Positions 19,787 to 31,200 of a stretch of 64,000 bases of DNA are shown in pieces. A program made the translations under genes and the position numbers. The notes beneath the pieces were generated by a model that worked only from the letters and a program-made list of their open reading frames with translations, searched no databases and was not told where the DNA came from. Positions within the stretch are counted from its first letter, which is position 1, and the number at the start of each line of letters is the position of its first letter. The stretch comes from an uncultured Candidatus Binatia bacterium (GTDB lineage: Bacteria > Desulfobacterota > Binatia > UBA9968 > CAXXLF01): the NCBI GenBank assembly GCA_965218425.1, contig OZ244621.1:2560001-2624000 (forward strand), in the 5' to 3' direction.

Positions 19787-20809
19787 CTAGCGGAAGGGCG
19801 GGGAGTACATCAGCCCGCCGTTCGTCCACAGCGCGTTGACGCCGCGCGCGATGCCGAGTGCCGTGTTCTTGCCTAGATTGGCCTCGAAGACCTCGCCGTA
19901 ATTGCCGACTTGCGTGATGACGTTGACCGCCCAGTCCTTCGACAGCTTGAGCACCTCGCGGCCCTGCAGGTTCTCCTCGCCTAGCAGCCGCTTGACCTCG
20001 GGGCTCTTGGTGGTCTTGGCCATGGCTGCGGCATTTTTCGAAGTGAGGCCGAACTCTTCCGCCGTGATCATGGCGTTGAGCGTCCAGCGCACGATATCGG
20101 CCCACTGGTCGTCGCCATGGCGCACTACCGGGCCGAGCGGCTCCTTGGAAATAATCTCCGGCAATACGAGATGGTCCGACGGGTTGTTGAAGGTGGCGCG
20201 CGTGGCGGCGAGCCCGGAAGCGTCGGTGGTATACGCATCGCAGCGCCCGGCCAGATAGTTGCTGCGCGCTTCCGCGTTGGTCTCGATCGGCACCGGCTGG
20301 TACTTCATATTGTTGGCGCGGAAGAAATCGGCCAGGTTGAGTTCGGTAGTGGTCCCGGTCTGTATGCAGACCGACGCGCCGCCAAGCTTCTTGGCCGACG
20401 TGACCCCAAGCTTCTTCGGGACAATGAAGCCCTGTCCGTCATAGTAATTGACGCCGACGAAGGTAAGCTGCAGATCGACGTCGCGGCTGAAGGTCCAGGT
20501 GGTGTTGCGCGACAGCATGTCGATCTCGCTCGAGCGCAGTGCGGTGAAGCGGGTCTTGCCCGTCAGGCTGGTGTATTTGATCTTTTTCGCATCGCCCAGC
20601 ACGGCGGCGGCGACGGCGCGGCACAGATCCACATCGAAACCTCGCCAGACCCCCTTGTCGTCGGGTGCGGCAAATCCCGGCAGGCCGGTGTTGATGCCGC
20701 ATTGAAGATGGCCGCGCTTTCTGACGTCGTCCATCGTGGCGGCGTTCGCTATGCCGGCTGCGAGCATCACGACCGCAGCGGCAGTGCCCAGTGACTTAAA
20801 TAATTGCAT
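19787..20809 (-). CDS. aapJ: General L-amino acid ABC transporter, substrate-binding protein
   Basis: RNTTWTFSRD, GTTTELN, ISKEPLGP, GNYGE; ends PPFR. Confidence 0.93.
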   Translation of the reverse strand: MQLFKSLGTAAAVVMLAAGIANAATMDDVRKRGHLQCGINTGLPGFAAPDDKGVWRGFDVDLCRAVAAAVLGDAKKIKYTSLTGKTRFTALRSSEIDMLSRNTTWTFSRDVDLQLTFVGVNYYDGQGFIVPKKLGVTSAKKLGGASVCIQTGTTTELNLADFFRANNMKYQPVPIETNAEARSNYLAGRCDAYTTDASGLAATRATFNNPSDHLVLPEIISKEPLGPVVRHGDDQWADIVRWTLNAMITAEEFGLTSKNAAAMAKTTKSPEVKRLLGEENLQGREVLKLSKDWAVNVITQVGNYGEVFEANLGKNTALGIARGVNALWTNGGLMYSPPFR

Positions 20810-21064
20810 GGCTCATACCTCCTATTTCATCGTCCTTGTTTTGATAACAGGCTGGGTTTAGCAAAATATGAGATAGCGGTCAATGTTAATCTTTCCAACT
20901 GGTTCAGTTCGATTTTCGATCCGGTAAATTCCGGGTTCCGTCGCCGCCGGGCGACTGGAGGTTGGTGTCGAATGAAGAATTTCCTTCGCGCAAGCTGACG
21001 CCCATGGCCCGACTCAATCTTTTGCGTCATATTGATGAACCAGGAATCCTCCGTTAATCAAACC

Positions 21065-21580
21065 TTTGTCCGGCGGATAACCGTATTTGCGCAGGATGCG
21101 CTTGACGATCACTCGCAACTGGGCGCGGACATTTTCGCGAACCGTCCAGTCGATAGTCACGTTCTTTCTCACCGTTTCCACCAGTTCACGAGCGATTTTA
21201 AGCAGCGTCGGTTCCCCGAGCGCCCTGACCGCGCTGTCGTTCACTTCAAGCGCGTCGTAGAAGGCCAGCTCGTCTTCGGTCAGCTTCAACGCTTCACCGC
21301 GTTCGTTGGCGGCGCGCATGTCCTTCGCGAGCTGGATCAGCTCTTCGATCACCTGGGCGGTTTCGATGGCGCGGTTCTGGTACTTGCGGATTGCCTGTTC
21401 GAGCAGGTCGGCGAAGGATCGCCCCTGTACCACGTTGCGCTTCGCGCGCCTTGACCTGGCCTTTCAGCAGCTTCCGCAGCAACTCGACCGCGAGATTGCG
21501 CTGCGACATGCCGCGCACCTCGGCCGGGAACTCGTCGGGAAGAATGGAAATGTCCGGTTATTTGAGCCCGGCGGCGGCCC
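21065..21580 (-). pseudogene. hsdR: Type I restriction subunit R, C-terminal fragment
   Basis: [35 protein letters not shown]. Contains a stop and a frameshift. Confidence 0.85.
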
Positions 21581-21689
21581 ATGGGAGGTGCGTTGACTCT
21601 GTCATGCCTCTTGCCGCGTAGTGGGTTATTGACCTCCTCAGTGCCTATATCCATAATGACCGCGTCACTGGAGGAAGGGGGATTCGGTC

Positions 21690-22830
21690 ATGATTGAATG
21701 GCTTGGCATTGGCCACCTTTTCGAGCTATCCCGGACGGAAGCGATCGCGGGGTTTTTCACCCCGCTGGTGATCTTCGCCGTGTTTTTCCTGACCCAGCTC
21801 ATACTGCCGGGAAGGCGGGTTCGCGGCTACGTCATCAATCCGGAGACCCGTGAACCCCGCAACTATCGGCTAAACGGTATTCTGGTGTTTGCAATCGCGC
21901 TGATCGTGTGGGCTCTCGAGCTCACCGGGATGCCGCGTGATTGGTTCTACCGGTCCTCGATCTATGCTGTGGCTGGCGGAACGGTCTTCACCGCTATCTT
22001 TACCATCGTGGCGGTGTTCAGCCGGCCGTAGGGCAAGATACAGAATCCGATCTTGGCGCTGTGGGTTGGGCGGGCCCGGGAGCTGTCGTTCTTCAACAAC
22101 CGCTTCGACATAAAGATGTATCTCTATGTCGTCGGTGGGACGATGTTGTCGCTCAACGCCCTGTCCGGGGCCGCGTACCACTACGAACTCTTTGGCGAAG
22201 ACTCCAATCCAGGCGTTTTCCTGTATGCGGCGTTCTTCACATTCTACGTTCTGGACTACTTCATCTTTGAGCGCGTCCAGCTATATACCTACGACCTGAT
22301 CCATGAGAATCTCGGCTTCAAGTTGTTCTGGGGCGGCCTCGTGGTCTACGGGTGGCTGTTCATCCTCCCGTTGTGGGGCATAGCCGCTTACCCGGACCCC
22401 GGATTCTCGCCGGCGCGGACGTATGTTTGGCTCATCGGAACGGCTGCGCTGTTCCTGTTCGGGTGGAGTATCTCGCGCGGCGCCAACATGCAGAAATACA
22501 CATTCAAGCGATGGCCCGACCGCAAGTTTCTCGGGCTCATCGAGCCTGAGTACATTGAGGCCGGTGACCGCAAGATCCTGTGCAGCGGTCTATGGGGGTG
22601 TCGCCCGCCACTTCAACTACATGGGCGAGGGGTTCCTTGCCCTGTCAATTGCCCTGGTATTCAGCTACTTCACTAATCCCTGGGCTTGGACCTACTTTGT
22701 CTTCATCGTCACGCTGTTCACCTTTCGTCAACGTGATGACGACAGGCTCTGCGCCGAGAAATACGGCGCCGATAAGTGGGCAGAGTATCAGGCACGGGTG
22801 AAGCACCGGATTTTTCCTGGCGTTTATTGA
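21690..22830 (+). pseudogene. ERG4/ERG24-family sterol-reductase-like membrane protein, disrupted
   Basis: YRLNG, DLIHENLGFKL, ANMQKYTFK, SGLWG-ARHFNYMGE, RDDDRLCAEKYG. In-frame TAG at 22029 and a frameshift in the G-run near 22595. Confidence 0.85.
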
Positions 22831-22914
22831 GAGGGCTCCCTGCGGAGTCCATGCAGGTCGCCTGTGATGAGTTGACCGAGCTGAGGAATCCTGCGGCGCC
22901 GTTGCCGCCGCCGG

Positions 22915-23130
22915 CCGATCCAATACTTGAACAACATCCTGGAGCAGGATCATCGAGCTATCAAACGACGAGTGAAGGCCAAGCAAGGCTTTCGTGGATT
23001 CCACGCGGCGCGGCGAACGATCCAGGGATACGAGGCAATGCGCATGATCCGGAAGGGGCAGGCGAGGCGGGTGGGCGGTTCGGATGTTCGGCGACAGATT
23101 CAGTTCATCAACAAGCTGTTCGAGGTGGAT
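22915..23130 (+). pseudogene. IS6-family transposase, C-terminal fragment
   Basis: YLNNILEQDHRAIKRR…GYEAMRMIRKGQ. Confidence 0.85.
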
Positions 23131-23263
23131 CGCTCCAATCGATTACTCGGCAACCCGGCTAGGTCTTGCAGCGATTCCGCACTGTCTAAAACCGTGTCGC
23201 ATTCCCGCAATTGAGCTAATGTGTCGGCCATGATCATCGCGGAACAGAAGATAGGGGCCGGTG

Positions 23264-24241
23264 TCAGGCATGCCTTCTTGCCGTTCTGGGCTTCCTTCCC
23301 TTTCGGATTCCAGCCCGTATCGTGCCGATTCTCCTCCGCAATGTCCCGTCCATTTGGATTCGATCTTCTAGTTGCCGCAACCCGCGGCTCACCACTCCGG
23401 CATCACGGCTTAAATATCGAGCAACCTCCGTGAGTCGGTATCCGGCTTCTTCAACCGCTATCTTTCCTATAATCCAGCGTACCCTGCTTATCTCCCTGCT
23501 CTTATCTCTTTGACGCACCCGCCGTGGTAGTACGTTGAATCGGGAACAAACCACTCCGACGATATCCTTAAGGGCAATGTCCACAGGGGGCTTGGTGTCA
23601 GGTTTTTCCACTCTTTCTCGTGTGTCCTCTACAAACTCCTCATCCCCCAGGAACCGCTTGTCAATAACATCGTAAAGGTCCTTGCGATGACCTTCCCCCA
23701 AGCCGTCCCTGGTGAACTCACGGTAACGTCGAATCGCCTCCTTTTGCCTCTTGCCGAACTGCTCCAGGACCAGGTTCACCGAAACCCCTTGGGCCTCGTT
23801 GCCTTGCAAGTACTCCCGGTGACTGCTCCACCGATACCGGTCGGGACGCCTGACTATTCCGGACCGAATTGGATTTAAGTGAATGTATCGCACCAGTTCC
23901 AAAAGATAACTGTCCCGGTCGCACACAATGGCCTTGTATCGGCCCTGAAATAGATGCCCGACTTTTCTATACCTGCGGTTGTATTGTCGGGTATAGCGGA
24001 ATTGGAGATTCTGCATGATCTTGGACAGTGGGATTTTGGCAACCTGGATTAATAGATGGACGTGATTGCCCATCAATACGTAGGCGTAGAGCTTGCAGCC
24101 GAATCGGGTCGGCAGCCCTTGAAGGATCGCAAGGTAGCGTTTCCGGTCATCGTCATCGCGGAAGATGGACCGGCCCTGGTTGCCGCGACTGATGGTGTGA
24201 TAAAGGGCGCCGGGAAAATGGACGCGGGGTTTTCTTGCCAT
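23264..24241 (-). CDS. REP-associated tyrosine transposase (RAYT, HUH/Y1) with C-terminal HTH
   Basis: MARKPR…YHTISRGN, YVLMGNHVHLL, GHLFQGRYKA, YIHLNP, YRWSS. Confidence 0.92.
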   Translation of the reverse strand: MARKPRVHFPGALYHTISRGNQGRSIFRDDDDRKRYLAILQGLPTRFGCKLYAYVLMGNHVHLLIQVAKIPLSKIMQNLQFRYTRQYNRRYRKVGHLFQGRYKAIVCDRDSYLLELVRYIHLNPIRSGIVRRPDRYRWSSHREYLQGNEAQGVSVNLVLEQFGKRQKEAIRRYREFTRDGLGEGHRKDLYDVIDKRFLGDEEFVEDTRERVEKPDTKPPVDIALKDIVGVVCSRFNVLPRRVRQRDKSREISRVRWIIGKIAVEEAGYRLTEVARYLSRDAGVVSRGLRQLEDRIQMDGTLRRRIGTIRAGIRKGRKPRTARRHA

Positions 24242-24368
24242 GAGGTGTCTGTATCATTGAGCGCTTCAAACAGCAATAAGGCAAGCCGGACCCCGCCCCT
24301 CATGGCGCCCGATCCCTTTCGCGCCCATCTTATTATCACGCCGGCGGCGAAGCCGCTCGAACCTGATC

Positions 24369-24608
24369 CTACCCGTCCGCCTTCTCCGCGAGCCTGCGCA
24401 TCGTGCGCAGCAGCGCCGCCAGCTCCCGGCGTTCGGCGATCGTCTTGGCCGTGTAGCGCCCATGCTTGAGCGCGTTGGTGTTACCGATCGGCGCGCCGGG
24501 AGAGGTTCCCCCATGCATCCGGCAGCGGCCGTTCGCCATTGCGGGCGACCGGCACGGCCTCCTCTTGCGTGTCCGCGCTCCGCAGCGCGGGCTGAGGTGC
24601 ATGGGCAT
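24369..24608 (-). CDS. HGGxSTG-motif protein
   Basis: CGARTR…CRSPAMANGRCRMHGGTSPG…NALKHG. Confidence 0.8.
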   Translation of the reverse strand: MPMHLSPRCGARTRKRRPCRSPAMANGRCRMHGGTSPGAPIGNTNALKHGRYTAKTIAERRELAALLRTMRRLAEKADG

Positions 24609-25152
24609 TCTGCTCTGCACTGGTTTGTTCCTCCGATCTCTCGCGCTTGCCATTCCCCGACGCCTTGATGGCGCCGACCATCGCCTGTCCGCCGGCATTG
24701 ACGTGGACATGCTCGACCGTCACCTTCTGCCCGCCTTTGCCGCGGTGCTTGTTGAGCGCTTCAAGCAGGGTAGTCCAGGTGCGGGAGAGCTTGATCGCCT
24801 GGTTCAGGTTCTCGCTCCTTCCCTGAAGGGTCTGTTCGCCTATCATGGCGCGGCGGTAGCACTCCATCGCGGCGTTGTGGGCGGCGAGCAACTGCGCCGC
24901 CATCATGCCTTCGAGCTCGTCCTTGGGACCGATGCCTTGCAGAGCGGCGGCGGTGGCGCTGAATTGCTTGTCACGTGTCACGTTGTCGGAGTATTTGAGC
25001 CAGAGCGCATTCAAGGCCTGAGTGACAAGCGTGTGGTTCCATCGGTCGGACTGCGAGCCGCCGATGGCCTTGAACTTGCCCCTGTTGTCCTGCGGGTCGC
25101 CGAGGACGACTTTCGTCGGTTCGTTCCCCTTCGCGGATTTCCTATTTGTCAT
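24481..25152 (-). CDS. Satellite-associated conserved hypothetical protein
   Basis: PKDELEGMMAAQ…HNAAMEC…QKVTVEHVHV. Overlaps the HGGxSTG gene. Confidence 0.75.
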   Translation of the reverse strand: MTNRKSAKGNEPTKVVLGDPQDNRGKFKAIGGSQSDRWNHTLVTQALNALWLKYSDNVTRDKQFSATAAALQGIGPKDELEGMMAAQLLAAHNAAMECYRRAMIGEQTLQGRSENLNQAIKLSRTWTTLLEALNKHRGKGGQKVTVEHVHVNAGGQAMVGAIKASGNGKRERSEEQTSAEQNAHAPQPALRSADTQEEAVPVARNGERPLPDAWGNLSRRADR

Positions 25153-25502
25153 GGGTAGATACTCCCTGGGCGGTTGTCGCGCCCGCCGCCGACCGGCCGC
25201 AGATCGACCGCGGCGGCGATATGGTTTGATAAAAAAATTATACTCCTAAATCTCCCAAAAAGGGAACTGTGTGAAATCTTTCTGATAGGTCGGAGAGGGG
25301 AGGAATTGTGGGCTTTTGGACTTGACAATCTCAGCCTGCGTAGGGGTGATATATATGGTGGTCACGGCGGCTCCCAGGGATTGGCCACGTCCAGGCCCTC
25401 GAGGTCCGCGACATTCCTCGTTGCGACGGAGAGGTCAGGGGCTTGGCGGTTCCGGCGATGAGCGCATCCCCCAGGTTCAGCACCCGACCGGAGCGATTTT
25501 AT

Positions 25503-25610
25503 GGGGTCAGACCTTGACATTTGATATGATTCATCTCGCCTTCTCAAAAGTTATTGAGAGAGCACTAAAAACCGGCGTCAGGCTTGCCTTCTTGCTATTT
25601 GGGTTCCCTT
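25503..25610. repeat. REP-like module plus RAYT 3'-end copy
   Basis: ggggtcagaccttgaca…agcactaaaa (also at 26220-26288), then ccggcgtcaggcttgccttcttgct matching the RAYT gene end. Confidence 0.85.
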
Positions 25611-25650
25611 GTCCAATTGACATGCGTACCGGTATGCGATACACTGCCTC

Positions 25651-25902
25651 ATGATTCGAAGGTTTCGTCATCGCGGCCTGAAGCGCATGTACGAGCGCGG
25701 CGATCCGAGCCGAGTGGGTCCGGACTTGGCGGGCCGCGCCGCGCTCGCCTTGGCGGACCTCGACTTGCCCGGCTACCGGCTTCACCCGCTGAAGGGCGAC
25801 CTGAAGGGGTACTGGAGCATATCGATTTCCGGAAACTGGCGGGTGATCTTCCGCTTCGAAGATGGCGATGCCTACGACGTCGACCTGATCGACTACCACT
25901 AG
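25651..25902 (+). CDS. higB: HigB/RelE-family toxin (short, possible internal deletion)
   Basis: FRHRGLK…[31 protein letters not shown]…DYH. Confidence 0.85.
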   Translation: MIRRFRHRGLKRMYERGDPSRVGPDLAGRAALALADLDLPGYRLHPLKGDLKGYWSISISGNWRVIFRFEDGDAYDVDLIDYH

Positions 25903-25916
25903 CAGGAGGCAGCAAC

Positions 25917-26213
25917 ATGGCGATGAACAATCCCCTGCATCCCGGATGCAGCATCCGCGAGAACTGCCTGGACCCGCTCGGTTTGAACGTGACCGAAGCG
26001 GCGCGGGTCCTGGGCGTTGCCCGTCACACCCTCTCGCGGGTCCTCAACGGCCACGCGGCCATTTCTCCAGAGATGGCCATTCGGCTGGAGAAGGCGGGCT
26101 GGTCCAATACCGAGTTCTGGCTGCGCCGACAGACCACATATGATCTCGTGCAAGCGCGTAAGGAAGAACACCGGATCAAAGTCGAGAGATACCAGCCGCA
26201 GCCGACGGTGTGA
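25917..26213 (+). CDS. higA: HigA antitoxin
   Basis: HPG…[12 protein letters not shown]…[11 protein letters not shown]. Confidence 0.9.
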   Translation: MAMNNPLHPGCSIRENCLDPLGLNVTEAARVLGVARHTLSRVLNGHAAISPEMAIRLEKAGWSNTEFWLRRQTTYDLVQARKEEHRIKVERYQPQPTV

Positions 26214-26219
26214 ATTTTT

Positions 26220-26288
26220 GGGGTCAGACCTTGACACTTGACATGATTCATCTCGCCATCTCAAAAGTTATTGAGAGAGCACTAAAAC
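26220..26288. repeat. REP-like module, copy 2
   Basis: Near-identical to 25503-25570. Confidence 0.88.
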
Positions 26289-26409
26289 TCTCCCGCCACT
26301 GTCGCCTCCCAGGTTGCACTGTCCCGACACCACGGAGCTGCTGCTGCTGCAATATGCGTCAACACGCCGTCGCATGACGTGGAGCGGCTCGGCTATGTCG
26401 TCTTTTGAA

Positions 26410-26575
26410 ACCGGCGTCAGCCTTGCCTTCTTGCTGTTCTGGGTTCCCTTCCCCTTCGGATTCCAGCTTGTATCGTGCCAATTCTCTTTTGCAACGGCCT
26501 GTGCATTTGGACGCGGTGTTCTAACCAGCGCAACCCACGGCTCATCACCCCGGGGATCACGGCTTGAATATCGGT
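26410..26575 (-). pseudogene. RAYT 3' fragment
   Basis: RGLRWLEHRVQM…IGTIQAGIRRGREPRTARRQG aligns to the RAYT C-terminus. Confidence 0.85.
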
Positions 26576-26649
26576 GTAGGCGGACGGAAATAAGAGGCGC
26601 CCCCCCGATAGGACCGGACCCCCATCCCGCGCGCGCACTTCTCAAGCGT

Positions 26650-28140
26650 CTACCGTTCCCGTCCTTTCGATAGCGCCTCTCTCCCGAACCGCTCGTTGGC
26701 CTCCAGTGTCTCGCGCACGTCGTCCCAGGTCGTGTTGTGATTGATGATGCAGAGCCTGAGCGCAAACGTCTTGCGCAGCAGGGTCGATGACATGAACGCG
26801 CGGTCCTCCCAAAAGACGCGGGCGAGCACGTTCCTGTTGATCTTCTCCAGGGCTTCCTCGTCGAGGTCGGCGCTCGCGGGGTTGACCCGGAAGCACACGA
26901 TCCCAAGCGACGCGGGGTTCAAAAGCTCCAGCACCGGGCTCTCCCGGATATACTCCTCGGCCCGGGCCGCCAACTCCATCCCCTTCGACACGGCCCGCCG
27001 GAACGCCGCCATCCCGAAGGTCTGCACCGACATCCAGACCTTCAACGCCCGAAACGAGCGGCTCAGTTGCAGGCCGCTGTCCGAGAAGTTCGGGTGGTTC
27101 GCTCCCCACACCGTGTCCTGGAGGATATCGTGCCGAACCGCGAATGCGCTCTCGAGCGTGCGTATATCCTTCACCAGAAGGCCGCCCGTCTCGTAAGGCT
27201 GGAAGAACCATTTGTGCGGATCCAGCCCGATGGAATCGGCGCGTTCGATCCCGCGCAAGAGCTCCTTGCCGCGCTCGGTCACCACCGCGAAGCCGCCGTA
27301 CGCGGCGTCGACGTGCAGCCAGATGCTCTCCGCCTCGCAGTAGTCCGCCATCGCTTCGAGCGGATCGATGGCCCCCGTGCTGCTCGCTCCGGCGTTGGCG
27401 CACACCGCGATGGGATTGAATCCCGCGGCCCGGTCCTCTGCCACGGCGCGCGTGAGCGCATCCATGTCCAGGCGGAAGCCTCCGTCGTTCACAACCAGGC
27501 GAATGCACTCCGGCCGAATGCCGATGATCCTGGCCGCGCGGATGAGAGCGCTATGGCTCTGGTCGCTCATGTACACGGTGGCGCGCTCGGGGTGGCCCGC
27601 CGCTTCCCGGGCCGCCGCCAAGGCGTCGACGCTGGTCGCCGACCCTCCGCTCGTCAAAAGCCCGCCCGCGCTCTCCGGATAGCCGAGCCAGCGCCGCAAC
27701 CAGTCGATGACCACCAGCTCGAGCTGGCTCGGACCGCTTGCGACCAGCCAGGTGCATGCGTTGATGTTGTATCCGGCCGCCATGAAGTCGGCCAGCACCC
27801 CGGGCCACGTGGGCGACGATGGGATAAACCCGAAGCAACGCGGGTGATCGTTCCGCAGCGTGATCGGGAGGATCTCTCTCGCGGCCTGCTCAATAACCTC
27901 CACTGGCGGGCGGCCGTCCTCGGGCGGAGCCTCCATCAGTCTGTCCATGAGCTCCTGCCTGAACTCTCCGTCCCAGGCGTTTTCTCCGGGCAAGCCCTCG
28001 ATCCGCTCCACCACGAGCTCGGCCGCCTTGCGGGCGAGGTCGAGCATGAGCTCGGGCGCCATCCGGAGGCCGTCGGGCGCTTCGCTACGTGCGCCTGGAC
28101 CCGGCTCTTTATCGCTCCCTTGTTCCATCAGACTCCTCAT
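26650..28140 (-). CDS. PLP-dependent group II (aromatic-L-amino-acid-type) decarboxylase
   Basis: TSGGS, QSHSA, HVDAAYGG, DPHKW. Confidence 0.9.
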   Translation of the reverse strand: MRSLMEQGSDKEPGPGARSEAPDGLRMAPELMLDLARKAAELVVERIEGLPGENAWDGEFRQELMDRLMEAPPEDGRPPVEVIEQAAREILPITLRNDHPRCFGFIPSSPTWPGVLADFMAAGYNINACTWLVASGPSQLELVVIDWLRRWLGYPESAGGLLTSGGSATSVDALAAAREAAGHPERATVYMSDQSHSALIRAARIIGIRPECIRLVVNDGGFRLDMDALTRAVAEDRAAGFNPIAVCANAGASSTGAIDPLEAMADYCEAESIWLHVDAAYGGFAVVTERGKELLRGIERADSIGLDPHKWFFQPYETGGLLVKDIRTLESAFAVRHDILQDTVWGANHPNFSDSGLQLSRSFRALKVWMSVQTFGMAAFRRAVSKGMELAARAEEYIRESPVLELLNPASLGIVCFRVNPASADLDEEALEKINRNVLARVFWEDRAFMSSTLLRKTFALRLCIINHNTTWDDVRETLEANERFGREALSKGRER

Positions 28141-28216
28141 GCTGCAATACAGTCATTCCGGCTTCGGTCCCTATTCGGCAAGGCATGCGCAGAATAGCCG
28201 GCCCGCCGGAGCCCCT

Positions 28217-31200
28217 CTACCATGGCACCGAGCCCCACAGCATGACGCCGTGGTCGGGCGCATTGTCCTTTACGGTTTCGCGCCGGGTGCCTTCCAGCTT
28301 CAAGTTAAAGGATGAGCCGAGGCTGTAACGCCCGCCCACGCGCCAGTTACGCCCGCCCCCGGCCGACAGCGCCACCCCCGCATACGGGGTAAGGAGACCG
28401 CGATCACTCAGCGCATCCAGCCCGTAGCCCAACTCCGCATCCAGACGCCCGCCCGGAACGGCATCGTCCTTAGCCGCCAGACCCGCCACGTCAGACCGCG
28501 ACCACAGACCATTCACCCCGCTCGACACCACCCCCCACGACGGAGTCAGGGTGAGCGACAGACCGCGCCCCGACGCCCCCGGCTCCAGACGAACCGAGCC
28601 GCCAACGCCCCATTCCCTGTAACCGCTCTCCCCGTGCGCCGCCAGACCCCTGGCCCGCGCCTCCATCGTCAGACCCGACCCCGGGTTGGCATAGCGAAGA
28701 CCGCCGCCCAGCTCCAAACCCGTCCCCGTCTCCGCATCGCCCCCGTCGTAGCGCACGCCCACCTCCACCGAAGGCCTGAGCATTCCGCCCTGGCCTATCG
28801 CGAAACTGCCCGAGCCCTCCAGACCAAGACGCACCCGCATGGCCTCGGCTGTAATCGACTTCAGACCCGACTCCTCGTCCGACTTCACCTGCGTCAGAAA
28901 TACATCCGACTTCACCGCCAGATCGAAGCCCCCCGTCTGCGACGCCGACAGAATCTCCCCGCGCGCCCCCAACGCACCCATGGTCATCGCAATATCGGTC
29001 TCCACCAGCTTCTCGACATCGTCCTCTCTGAGCGACATCTTGCCACGTCCATAACCAAAAAGACCCCACACCGAGAGACGCTCACTCAACGCGTAGCGAA
29101 GATAGGGATGTACGCTCGTCAAAGACGCCTCCATCACGCTGCGCCCGTCCGCCGCGCTCCCAAGGTCGAAGCCGCCGTCGCCGCTGGAGTACGACACCGC
29201 CAGACCCGCCAGCATCCGGCCCCATTCGTAGTCCGCGCCCAACATGCCCGTCACCACCTCGCCGTCGAACGACGCGCCGTTGCTGCCGCCGAACTGGGTC
29301 AGCCCCGCCTGGCCCCACACCGTTCCCCGGCCGCCCGGGCCGGAGCCCTTGCCCCCCGCCATGGCCGACAGATGGAACGAGCTCCCGAGCAGAAGATCGC
29401 GCGCCGACGGGCTCCAGGATGCGGTCCTTCGATCATTCCATACCCCTGGGAGACCGTCACCGGCGGTACCGCCGTTGAAGCCGTTTCCCAGGGTCTGCGG
29501 GGACCGCAAGTCATCCAGAGTCAGCGTCCGCCCGGCGATCTTTACCTGCGAAGTCCCCGGGGAAGACAACGACAACCGGTTGCTGATCATCTCCACCGTC
29601 TGGCCCGCCGCCGCCCGGCCGAACCGCGCCAGCCAGCTCTTTGCCGCCGCCGTGCTCTCTTTCGACACCGGGTCGCCGTAGATCCCCGCGCCGACGATGA
29701 ACGCATTGGTTATCGGCCCGACGCCGGGGATGTTGAATGTGTATTCAACCTGGCGCGCATAGGTCACCTTGGGCACGTCGGCGCTGTCGCTGTCGTCGTC
29801 CGGATTGTCGAAGTTATACGAAACGAAGCCGCCCCCGGGTTTCTGCGCCGCATCGATGATCTGCGGCAAAATGAGTTTTCCGGTGACCACGTCTCTCAAG
29901 GTATCCGTGGGCTTCTGGAATTCGAATCTGTCCGGAAACGCCCCGTGAAGGTGCGTGTAGCCCTCCTCATCCGTCACGAAGAGGTAGACTTCGCCGTGCC
30001 TCCAGGGTGGTCTCCTCAAAACGCTTCTCGCGATTCCGAGAACTCCGGTGGGATTCATCTGTTGGAGCTCGGTGAGGTAGTCTATCGCCCCGTTTACGAA
30101 TTTTTTGAGCGTTCTGCGGTCCACGACCTCCTCGGCCGTTATCTCCGGCTCGGCGGGCTCGAGGGTTTCCGGCGCAAGGAGAAGTTCATGAAGGTTCAGG
30201 CCGGCGAGAAGAATGTAGGGGATGTTGGTGCCGTACCCCACGGCGTAGCCGCCGACTCCCGGCACGGGGCCGCCGTTGGTGTTCGGGAAGGTCCCTGTTG
30301 CAAACACAGTTTGCAGGCCGGCAGTTATGGTGTCTTGGCTGGTGACATCGATTCCTAACGCGGCAAGGATCGCTCCATAAACCAGGGGATTGAGCGGTCT
30401 GCCTCCCGTGGTCATATCGTCCGCGTTGAAGAACACCCTGCCGTCGAGTGTCACGGCGGAGAGGTAGATGGGGCCGGACTTCCAGGGCCCCTCGTTCCTG
30501 GTGATGCACCCGGCGTAGCCCAACTCCTCCGGCGTCGTGATGCTGTTGAAATAGTCTCTGGCCGCCTGCGCGAACTGACCCAGGGTGCCGGCGCCCGTCG
30601 TCACCTCGCCGGCCGTCGGGCTGGGAGTCGCCAGCGGGTTGTCCGGAACGCCCGCCGGGCGCGGGCAGTCCTGCGCCGTGGCCACCGCATCCGGATCCCC
30701 GTAGATGCCCGCTCCGATGATGAGTACATCCTGGAGAACGGTTCCGTCCGGCAGCGGGATTCGCACCTCGACCTCGCGCACGTAGCTCACTTTGAGTGTG
30801 TTGAAGTCGTCGTCAGGGTCATCCGGATTGTCGAAAAAATACCTGACGAAGCCGCCCTCCTCCCCGGCGCCCCTTGCCGTATCGATGATCTGCGGCAGAA
30901 TGAGTTGTCCGGTGCGTTCGTCTCTCAGGGTCCTCGTAGGGATCTGAAGTTCGAATCTGTCCGGGAACGCTCCGTGAAAGAGCGTGTAGCCGGTGCGGTT
31001 CATGAGGAAGAGATTAGGTGGGGCCATGCCTCCAGGGGCCGTTCGGGTCCCGGAAGGCGATCTTTATTCTCGAGTTGGCGGAGAGGTCTCCGGTGGCGGT
31101 GAGGGTCTTCACAAAGTCCGCCGCTCCGTCGACGAATTGCTTCAAGGTTGCGCGGTCCACGACCTGATCGGCCGTTATCGAGGGCATGCCGGGGTCGACG

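Noticed and set aside
28634..30358. 574-aa plus-strand ORF
   Set aside because: Antisense shadow of the autotransporter.
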